Shown here one piece after another: positions 7,301 through 13,786 of a DNA stretch of 14,299 nucleotides. Under the pieces are notes generated by a model. That model had not been told where the DNA came from, searched no databases, and saw nothing but the letters and a program-made list of their open reading frames with translations. A program made the translations under genes and the position numbers. Source of the stretch: an uncultured bacterium (GTDB lineage: Bacteria > Abyssobacteria > SURF-5); NCBI GenBank assembly GCA_964510165.1, contig CAZEBC010000099.1, positions 1-14,299 of the forward strand, in the 5' to 3' direction. Each line of letters opens with the position of its first letter. Position 1 is the first letter of the stretch.

Positions 7301-9382
7301 CTGCTTGATCAGAAACTGAAGTCGTCTCAGGATCAAGTCGAGGAACTCAAGGCGATGGTCGAGAGCGCTGAACAGCGCCTCGAAAAGCAGAGGCTCCTCA
7401 TCGTGGAGGAGGGCCATGAAAACTCGAGACTGGCAAAACTTCTGGAGGAAAAAGACCGCCGCATAGCGGACCTTCAGAAGACGATGGATTCGATGCAAGA
7501 GGATTTCCTGAGCCAGACGCATCAGGATTCGGAAACAAGAGAAAAATTCTTCGCGCTCCAGGCCGAACTCACAAATAAAGAGAATATGCTTATGACGGTC
7601 CGGAGCGACTATTGTGAACTCGAGGCCTCGTTAGAGAGACTGAAAAGCGAGGCCGAACACGCCCGAAAGCGGGCCGAACAATTTGCAGCCGAGAACGTTC
7701 AGGCTCAAGAAAGAGAGAAGTCGCGGGAAGAAACGCTGGAGCGGCTCAAAGCGCGGGCGGCCGAACTCCAGAAAGAAAAGCATCAAGCCGAACAGAATCT
7801 TCTCGCGCGCACGCAAGAACTCGAGAAGGCTCTCACCGACAGAGACCTCCAGATCGCGTCGCTGAGGGGCCGATTGTCCGAAACCGCGGAAGCGGCCACA
7901 GCCTCACTGGAAGGCGAAATGGCCGGGCTGAAGTCGCGATATGAACGGGAGCTCGCCTCGCTGAAAGAGCGTCTTGAGACCACCTCCAACGAGCTGAGAG
8001 AGGTGCGGGCAGGCCTCGAAGAGGCCGAGGCCTTGAAACGGGAACTGGCGCATGCTCAGAGAGAGGTGGAGAAGCTCTCAGTCGAAAAGGCCGATACTGC
8101 CGCCGTCCCGAAGAAGGATACCCTTGCCGAAGTGGTCGCCGAGGCGCCTGGCGAGCCGGCTGAAGAGGCGGAAACCGAGGAGGCATTTGTTGGGCCTGAG
8201 CCTGAACCGATCGCCGCCGAAACGTCTGTGTATGAGCCTCGAAGCCGTATTCAATGGGAGCATGCGTTTGAAGACTTCATTCCCTCCGACTCGAACGCCT
8301 TTTCCATAGAGATGGCCGAAAAAATTGCGCGGAACCTTGCCGAGCTTTACAATCCGCTGTGCGTGTACGGTCCGGAAGGCTCCGGAAAGACCCACATACT
8401 GCATGCCATCGGCGACCTTGCCACAGCGTCCGATCCGTCGGTCACGACGGAGTTCTTCTCCCTCGATGAATTGTTCAGGCTGGTCCAGGAGGATTCCCGC
8501 ATCCTCGCGCAATGGGAGGACAAGCTCAAGCTCTTATTCATAGACGAATTCGATGTGTCGGGCATGCCTCCCAACGACCAGCGCCGCTTGCACCATTTCC
8601 TCAAGACACTTGCTCAGAAGAAGACCCAGATCGTCATCGCCTCTCCACTGCCTCCCATAAAGATGGGATACCTGCAGGAGTTCATGCTGCGCTTCCTTGA
8701 GAGCGGTCTTTTGATACGGCTCGACATCAACCGGGATATCCAGGAGGAGAGGAAAGAGGCGGCGGAGGCAATAGTCCAGGTTGCGCGGTCTCTTGTGGAA
8801 TCGAGCACGGATGAGAAAGAGCCGGAGTCTGAGGTTCCCGAGAGCGGCCAGCCGCCGGAGCCGCCCATTCCAGAGGTTAAGCGCGACTTCCTGGACGAAT
8901 TCCTTGCGCCCGATCCCGCCGTCACGGCGGCGCTCTTCGGGGATACGCGCTTGTTCGATGAGCTGGAGGAGGCGTTCAGGAATCCCAACCGGAAATGGCG
9001 AAACAAGTTTCCATTGTTGCTTATCGAGGACGATCCGAAGCTCAGGCTCAATTTCTTTCACGCGTTAGGCAATCGGCTGATACACGCCATTCCGGAGCGG
9101 GTTTCACTGCTCTCTATCGAGAAACTCGCCGAGATGCTCAGGCTGACCCCCTCCTTCGATTGGAACGGCTTGCTCAACAAGTTCGCCCGCTCACGGGCGG
9201 TGCTTGTGGCAGATTGTGACAACATCGGAAAGCTCTCGACTTCCGCCTTGGGCTATCTTCGTGCTATAGTAGAGGAAATGTCGAGCCGCGACGTTCTCCT
9301 TCTGATCGGCATGTCGAAACGATACAAGAAGGAGCCCGTGTTCGGCGGCGTCTACAAGAAGGCGTCTCGCAAGAAACTCTGA
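4304..9382 (+). CDS. Giant protein: DnaA/Hda-like AAA+ domain, ~1000-aa coiled coil, second DnaA-like AAA+ domain, degenerate third DnaA-like domain
   Basis: N-terminal FDSF..SNRFA..YSPLFIHGEPGSGKTHLL..DILIVDDIE..DERILSRL..PETRLKIL. Second copy FEDF..SN..YNPLCVYGPEGSGKTHILHAIG..LLFIDEFD. The middle is E/K/L/A/R/Q-rich and nearly Pro-free. 8-bp overlap with tldD. Confidence 0.9.
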   Translation: MPDFRFDSFEVDESNRFAVALCKAVVNLEKGYSPLFIHGEPGSGKTHLLTAMSAELGALHPDVSRLYLSDQFPTEKMLSGQRSTDIDGNSEEFIYKAYSRKDILIVDDIERYSKDRKVRERFSTLLGAFVDNGKQVVLASSASIENLTGFDERILSRLRGGVDVSISSPKPETRLKILKRECERLGLTLSVDIMQLLMLEAGKDMQYLKKLSTNLKTFSTITRQKLSREKVEEFISIIQAEMGEEKRGATAEQVYALWVQSQARKREDDYTERISQLEEELARQKEHAQALEERLLAARPSKQESEGEVVELQARLKALEKQLKEKTKALQSQERLVASEIPTLTKRLQQQEKLVAEQKADHEKAISEKESRILELEQMLSRVSDNLTATADQEKRAAATIEALKTELDRVKKTSRDELLGLRIQLEKREEDLKLLGRERELSLGQHERSKSELERKLAEAQGEMLLLEKKIESQNARVAQLQRDLEKKTQDFSETESQLRAEMEGRGRLEAEVASVTRSLNVLKGAGEVAQANLKRALSESEAKLAKAAKVEAGLRHEIAALAESLEAERARAASAEQRCRDFLGAEADFKSQIQSVRAELEQARSEGAQLKQLLDTMCAERDTARQEIARLMTEASSLSQNVKEYESLIEGRDKEISRLNAKASELSKTLAKRERLLAVKEKDEAEQVRRLSEEIKERDARIRDLESELANQASRFSALSDAHETLNSRVEELSSEHAKLTEAKESLERELSGALAQANARSEEAASRASELESKLDASQATVSELESRLEQTRKATTQQIEELERTRSEAERLASEQKAALETKLEEELQEIQKLESIVSELNERIEGQTRLIEEKESEHADGVSKLQAQLAARDASIDELSKRLEGAEAELEHRAVAITELNEQTQKLRASMDSLVSEKKALEERLANVIEEGEARLNESESRLKQTRAALESAKEELAVLGTKLENERASSAELIQNLRAEAGRREKEFQQAKELLDQKLKSSQDQVEELKAMVESAEQRLEKQRLLIVEEGHENSRLAKLLEEKDRRIADLQKTMDSMQEDFLSQTHQDSETREKFFALQAELTNKENMLMTVRSDYCELEASLERLKSEAEHARKRAEQFAAENVQAQEREKSREETLERLKARAAELQKEKHQAEQNLLARTQELEKALTDRDLQIASLRGRLSETAEAATASLEGEMAGLKSRYERELASLKERLETTSNELREVRAGLEEAEALKRELAHAQREVEKLSVEKADTAAVPKKDTLAEVVAEAPGEPAEEAETEEAFVGPEPEPIAAETSVYEPRSRIQWEHAFEDFIPSDSNAFSIEMAEKIARNLAELYNPLCVYGPEGSGKTHILHAIGDLATASDPSVTTEFFSLDELFRLVQEDSRILAQWEDKLKLLFIDEFDVSGMPPNDQRRLHHFLKTLAQKKTQIVIASPLPPIKMGYLQEFMLRFLESGLLIRLDINRDIQEERKEAAEAIVQVARSLVESSTDEKEPESEVPESGQPPEPPIPEVKRDFLDEFLAPDPAVTAALFGDTRLFDELEEAFRNPNRKWRNKFPLLLIEDDPKLRLNFFHALGNRLIHAIPERVSLLSIEKLAEMLRLTPSFDWNGLLNKFARSRAVLVADCDNIGKLSTSALGYLRAIVEEMSSRDVLLLIGMSKRYKKEPVFGGVYKKASRKKL

Positions 9383-9402
9383 ACGGACACCGGCACGAAG
9401 AA

Positions 9403-10152
9403 ATGCATCCCCAAAAGCTTCGCGCACTGATTACGGACGTGGCACGCGGCAAGGTGAGCGTGGAGGAGGCGATGTCGGCCCTCAAAGCGCTGCCTTACGA
9501 AGACCTGGGATTCGCCAAACTCGACCATCACCGCCATCTTCGAAGAGGATTCCCCGAGGTGGTGCTGTGCCAAGACAAGACCACGGAGCAGATCGTGGGA
9601 ATCGTGAACAAGATGGTGGAGCGGGAATGCAACGTCCTTGCGACCAGGATTTCACAGGGAGACTACGAGGCGGTCCGCGCGATCCATAAGAATGCTTCTT
9701 ACAATCAGGCCGCGCGCGCAATGACTGTCGTTACGCGCCCGCTCGGCAGACGCAAGGGCGACGTCACAATTATTACCGCAGGCACGTCAGACATTCCGGT
9801 TGCGGAAGAGGCTGCCGTCACCTCCGAGATGATGGGATGCCGGGTCAAGCGCATCTATGACGTGGGCGTGGCAGGCATTCATCGGCTGTTTGACCGCAGA
9901 AAAGACATTGCCGAGTCCGACTCCATTGTGGTGGCGGCGGGCATGGAGGGCGCGCTTGCAAGCGTTGTGGGGGGACTGGTAGAATGCCCTGTTATCGCGG
10001 TTCCGACAAGTGTTGGCTACGGGGCGAGTTTTGACGGCCTGGCCGCCTTGCTGGGGATGCTGAACACGTGTTCACCCGGTGTCTCCGTGGTCAATATCGA
10101 TAACGGCTTTGGGGCGGGTTATTTCGCCAGCCTCATCGCCAGGCGGAGGTGA
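9403..10152 (+). CDS. larB: Nickel-pincer cofactor biosynthesis protein LarB (PurE-like carboxylase/hydrolase)
   Basis: DLGFAKLDHHR..RRGFPEVV, TAGTSDIPVAEEA, DVGVAGIHRL, AGMEGALASVVGGL, PTSVGYGA and VVNIDNGFGA. Confidence 0.95.
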   Translation: MHPQKLRALITDVARGKVSVEEAMSALKALPYEDLGFAKLDHHRHLRRGFPEVVLCQDKTTEQIVGIVNKMVERECNVLATRISQGDYEAVRAIHKNASYNQAARAMTVVTRPLGRRKGDVTIITAGTSDIPVAEEAAVTSEMMGCRVKRIYDVGVAGIHRLFDRRKDIAESDSIVVAAGMEGALASVVGGLVECPVIAVPTSVGYGASFDGLAALLGMLNTCSPGVSVVNIDNGFGAGYFASLIARRR

Positions 10153-10196
10153 ACCTCCCGAATTTTTCGGGAAGTCTTCTCGCGGAGCGATGACGT

Positions 10197-11375
10197 TTGA
10201 GAATTCTCTATTTCGATTGCTTTTCCGGCGCAAGCGGCGACATGATAGTCGGCTCTCTGCTCGACGCGGGCTTGTCGCTTGACGAGCTTCGCGACGGCCT
10301 CGCCCAACTTCGGCTTAGAGGATACGAAATCCGCGCCGAAAAAACCCTCAGGCGAAACCTTTCCGGCACGAACTTTTTCGTCGAGGTTCGCGATGCTCAG
10401 CAGAGCGAGCGCGGCCTCCACGACATATTGGAACTTCTCGACGCCAGCACAGTGCCCGCGCGAATCCGCGACCGGGCGCGCCGGGTTTTCGTTCTGCTTG
10501 CCGAGACCGAGGCGGCCATTCACTCGACCGCGCCGGACAAAATACATTTTCACGAGGTGGGGGCCATTGATTCCATAGTTGACGTGGTCGGAACCCTTAT
10601 CGGGCTTGATAGTCTCGGGATCGACCGCGTTCAATGTTCCCCCGTCAATGTCGGCGGCGGCTTCGTCGAGTGCAGGCACGGCGTACTTCCGGTGCCCGCT
10701 CCCGCCACGATAAAACTGCTCGAGGGGGCGCCCGTCTACTCGCGTGGACCCCAGGCGGAACTCGTCACGCCCACGGGGGCAGTCCTTCTGAAGTCGCTCG
10801 TCGAAAGTTTTGGGGCGCTGCCCTCTCAGACGGTGCTGGGGCACGGGTACGGCGCGGGCAAACGCGATTTCCCCGGCTGGCCGAACCTTTTGCGGGTTGT
10901 AATAGGCGAGCCCTCAGACGCTTATGCAACGGACGACGTGGTGGTCATGCATACCACCATTGACGACATGAATCCCGAGAATTTCGAGTATCTGATCGAA
11001 CTTCTGCTTGAGCAGGGCGCCCTTGACGTGTATCTCACGCCGACCCAATCGAAGAAGACCAGGCCTGGAACGCTGCTCACGCTTCTTTGTGAACCGGCGC
11101 ACACGTCCGCGCTGGCCGGCATGTTATTTTCAGAATCGACCACCTTTGGTGTAAGATATCATCGAGAGGCGCGCTTGAAGCTGGAGCGTACGACAGTGGA
11201 AGTGTCTACCGAGTGGGGCATCGTCAGAGTTAAAGTGGGAATGGTTGGGGGAAAGCCTATCACGGTCTCGCCCGAATTCGAGGATTGCAAGAGAAGCGCG
11301 CGCGTGCATCACGTGCCTCTCAGAGTCGTCTATGACGCGGCAAGAGACCTGGCGAAAAGGCAATTGGGAGAGTGA
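10197..11375 (+). CDS. larC: Nickel-pincer cofactor nickel insertase LarC (single ORF)
   Basis: YFDCFSGASGDM, HFHEVGAIDSIVD, HGVLPVPAPAT, ELVTPTGA, GYGAG, IDDMNPE and PEFEDC; TTG start with GGAG 9 nt upstream. Confidence 0.95.
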   Translation: MRILYFDCFSGASGDMIVGSLLDAGLSLDELRDGLAQLRLRGYEIRAEKTLRRNLSGTNFFVEVRDAQQSERGLHDILELLDASTVPARIRDRARRVFVLLAETEAAIHSTAPDKIHFHEVGAIDSIVDVVGTLIGLDSLGIDRVQCSPVNVGGGFVECRHGVLPVPAPATIKLLEGAPVYSRGPQAELVTPTGAVLLKSLVESFGALPSQTVLGHGYGAGKRDFPGWPNLLRVVIGEPSDAYATDDVVVMHTTIDDMNPENFEYLIELLLEQGALDVYLTPTQSKKTRPGTLLTLLCEPAHTSALAGMLFSESTTFGVRYHREARLKLERTTVEVSTEWGIVRVKVGMVGGKPITVSPEFEDCKRSARVHHVPLRVVYDAARDLAKRQLGE

Positions 11376-11377
11376 GT

Positions 11378-11872
11378 ATGAAGCGAATCGCCGTGTATCC
11401 CGGGAGTTTCGATCCCGTCACTTTCGGACATATCGACCTCATTGAACGGGCCCTCGGGCTTTTCGATGAACTCATCGTGGCCGTCGCGCACAACATTCAG
11501 AAAACCAATCTGTTCACCGTGACGGAACGACTTGACATGATCCATGAGCTGGTCAAGGGTTACGACAATGTCCTAGTTGATTCCTTCGATGGATTGCTTG
11601 TGGACTACGTGAGGAAAAGAGGCGCCCGCTGTGTTGTGAGAGGACTGAGGGCGTTCTCGGACTTCGAGTACGAGTTTCAGATGGCGCTCACCAACCGCAA
11701 GCTCAACGATTCGTATGAAACCATCTTCCTCATGACCCACGAGAACTACTCCTTCATCAGCTCCAGCCTGGTGAAAGAACTGATAGAGTTCGGGGGCGAC
11801 ATAAGCGCATTTGTGCCTCCGCTTGTGGAACAAAGACTGAAAGAGAAGTTCTACGTTCAGCGGGAACCGTGA
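11378..11872 (+). CDS. coaD: Phosphopantetheine adenylyltransferase
   Basis: YPGSFDPVTFGH, RGLRAFSDFEYEFQMA and ISSSLVKE. ATG 11378 is preferred over GTG 11372 because of spacing from GGGAG. Confidence 0.97.
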   Translation: MKRIAVYPGSFDPVTFGHIDLIERALGLFDELIVAVAHNIQKTNLFTVTERLDMIHELVKGYDNVLVDSFDGLLVDYVRKRGARCVVRGLRAFSDFEYEFQMALTNRKLNDSYETIFLMTHENYSFISSSLVKELIEFGGDISAFVPPLVEQRLKEKFYVQREP

Positions 11873-11921
11873 GCGAACGAACCCGCCCGGCTCCAGAATC
11901 CTGAAGAGAGGAGATCACCCC

Positions 11922-13253
11922 ATGTTCGATCTTCAGGCCAATGGGACAAACGCTCGAACCGAGGTTGTGGCCGGCGTCTCCACGTTCATGACGATGTCTT
12001 ACATCATCTTCGTCCAGCCTGCCGTCCTGGGCAATCCGGCGTGCGGGATGGACCACGGCGCCGTGCTGGTTGCCACATGCGTCTCCAGCGCAATCGCCAC
12101 TTTTCTGATGGGGGTGCTCGCCAATTATCCAATCGCGCTCGCGCCGGCTATGGGCCACAACTTCTTTTTTGTATACGCCGTCTGCGCTCATATGGGGTAC
12201 ACCTGGCAGATAGCGTTGGGCGCCAACTTCATATCGGGCGCACTCTTCATCATGCTCTCCGTATTCCATTTCCGCGCTCGTTTGATGGACGCGATCCCGC
12301 AGTCGCTCAAGAGCGCCATCGCCGTGGGCATAGGGCTCTTGATAGCGCTCGTGGGCATGGAGTGGTCGGGCCTGATAGTCGCGCACCCCGTTACCTATGT
12401 GAAACTTGGAGACTTGCATAGCACGCCCGTTCTGCTCTCGCTCGCCGGAGTGCTGGTCATCTCCCTGCTGTTCGCGCTCCGCGTGCAGGGCGCCATCCTG
12501 ATCGGGATTCTTCTCACCGCGTTCGCCGGATGGGCGCTGGGGCTCGTGCAATTCGAAGGCATAGTGAGCCGGCCGCCCTCGGTTACACCGACCTTGTTCA
12601 AGCTTGATATCCTGGGAGCTTTCGGAGCAGGCAGGCTGATGGACTTGCTCGCAATCGTATTCGTCTTCTTCTTCCTCGACCTCTTCGACACCGTGGGCAC
12701 GCTGGTGGGGATAAGCGAACGCGCCGGCTTCCTGGTCAACGGCAAACTGCCCCGCGCGGCCCGGGCACTGTTTTCCGATGCGTTCGGCACGGTTACGGGC
12801 ACGCTGCTCGGGACATCCACGGTCACGAGCTACATCGAAAGTGCGGCGGGCGTCTCGGTCGGCGGCAGGACGGGTCTCGCCAATATGGTCACCGCCGCCT
12901 TGTTCCTCCTGGCGCTCTTCTTTTATCCGCTCGCGAAGATGGTGGGCGGCGGAGTTCAGTTCGGCGACGTCATGCTCTACCCGGTCATTGCGCCCACGCT
13001 GATCATCGTGGGCAGCATGATGATGACGAGCGTGAAGTCGATCAACTGGGAAGACTACACCGAATCGATCCCCGCATTTCTGGCCATGATCATGATGCCG
13101 CTCACGTTCAGCATCACCGACGGCATTGCCTTTGGGTTCATCTCGTATACCCTCCTGAAGCTCCTGAGCAGCCGCCGCAAGGAACTGAATGCGTTCATTT
13201 ACATCTTCGCAGTCCTTTTCATTGTCCGCTATGTCCTCAAGCTGGGAGCGTAA
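11922..13253 (+). CDS. NCS2 family (AzgA/PbuG-like) purine permease
   Basis: TEVVAGVSTFMTMSYIIFVQP, ANYPIALAPAMG, FDTVGTL, TSYIESAAGV..GGRTGL and MPLTFSITDGIAFG; many TM segments; GAGGAG RBS. Confidence 0.93.
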   Translation: MFDLQANGTNARTEVVAGVSTFMTMSYIIFVQPAVLGNPACGMDHGAVLVATCVSSAIATFLMGVLANYPIALAPAMGHNFFFVYAVCAHMGYTWQIALGANFISGALFIMLSVFHFRARLMDAIPQSLKSAIAVGIGLLIALVGMEWSGLIVAHPVTYVKLGDLHSTPVLLSLAGVLVISLLFALRVQGAILIGILLTAFAGWALGLVQFEGIVSRPPSVTPTLFKLDILGAFGAGRLMDLLAIVFVFFFLDLFDTVGTLVGISERAGFLVNGKLPRAARALFSDAFGTVTGTLLGTSTVTSYIESAAGVSVGGRTGLANMVTAALFLLALFFYPLAKMVGGGVQFGDVMLYPVIAPTLIIVGSMMMTSVKSINWEDYTESIPAFLAMIMMPLTFSITDGIAFGFISYTLLKLLSSRRKELNAFIYIFAVLFIVRYVLKLGA

Positions 13254-13293
13254 GAGGATTGTCGGCACAGAAATCGAAAACGGATTGACTATG

Positions 13294-13315
13294 GGGACGC
13301 AGCATGCCGCGTCTC
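13294..13315. repeat. Imperfect REP-like palindrome downstream of the permease
   Basis: GGGACGCAGC-AT-GCCGCGTCTC, 8 of 10 positions complementary; no U-tract. Confidence 0.45.
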
Positions 13316-13328
13316 GCTGCCTCAGCCT

Positions 13329-13356
13329 TGAATGCGGAATGATGAGTGATGAATGA
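13329..13356 (+). repeat. Left heptamer arm flanking the four-helix-bundle gene
   Basis: TGAATGC GGAATGA TGAGTGA TGAATGA; 13329-13350 is 19/22 complementary to 13711-13732. Confidence 0.85.
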
Positions 13357-13711
13357 AAAACCGGACATTGTGCAACGGACCAAGCTCTCTTCCTTGCGGA
13401 TCATCAGGCTCTATTCATCGTTGCCGAAGGATCCCGAGGCACAGGTGATCGGAAAGCAGGCCCTCCGCTGAGGCACTTCGGTTGGCGCGCATGCCAGAGA
13501 GGAAAAACGAAGTCGCTCAAGCGCAGAAATGATTAGTAAGTCCGAAGGGGCTTTGCAGGAGCTTGAAGAAACCGCGTATTGGCTCGAACTCCTCGCCGAA
13601 TCCGGCATTGTCAAAGCCCAATTGTTATGCGACCTAATGAAAGAGGCCGACGAACTCATAGCCATTCTCGTCACCAGCATTAAGACATTAAGATCGAGAA
13701 GAGTCAAATGA
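13349..13711 (+). pseudogene. Four-helix-bundle protein (23S rRNA IVS protein / bAvd-like family) with an in-frame TGA at codon 41
   Basis: Manual translation: MNEKPDIVQRTKLSSLRIIRLYSSLPKDPEAQVIGKQALR*GTSVGAHAREEKRSRSSAEMISKSEGALQELEETAYWLELL...EADELIAIL. This fits the family pattern QLLRSGTSVGA..E..ET.YWLELL. The stop is at 13469-13471. Confidence 0.85.
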
Positions 13712-13739
13712 TAACTCATCACTCCGCCTTCATCATTTG
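13711..13739 (-). repeat. Right heptamer arm flanking the four-helix-bundle gene
   Basis: Minus strand reads CAAATGA TGAAGGC GGAGTGA TGAGTTA. Confidence 0.85.
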
Positions 13740-13765
13740 ACAGGGCGCGCTGGGTTGACTAACAT
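13737..13765 (+). promoter_or_regulatory. Putative sigma70 promoter for the last gene
   Basis: TTGACA (13737-13742) - 17 nt - TAACAT (13760-13765); AAGGGA RBS at about 13773. Confidence 0.6.
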
Positions 13766-13786
13766 AATCGTGAAGGGAAATTTTGC

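Noticed and set aside
4304-9382. Calling the giant ORF dnaA, hda or smc
   Set aside because: It has no domain I or IV and no evident clamp-binding motif. There is no dnaN/gyrB context, and no split ABC head, LSGG signature or hinge.
10145-10199. Frameshifted larC start at ATG 10190, and a terminator between larB and larC
   Set aside because: The ATG is only 2 nt from GGAG, while the in-frame TTG is well spaced. The TCCCGAA/TTCGGGA hairpin has no U-tract.
11757-13268. 503-aa minus-strand ORF
   Set aside because: Antisense shadow of the hydrophobic permease gene, with no recognisable motifs.
13349-13711. Diversity-generating retroelement (Avd-like gene)
   Set aside because: No reverse transcriptase or TR/VR pair is visible in the window.
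13529-13711. Stand-alone 60-aa gene
   Set aside because: It is the 3' half of the interrupted four-helix-bundle frame that starts at 13349.
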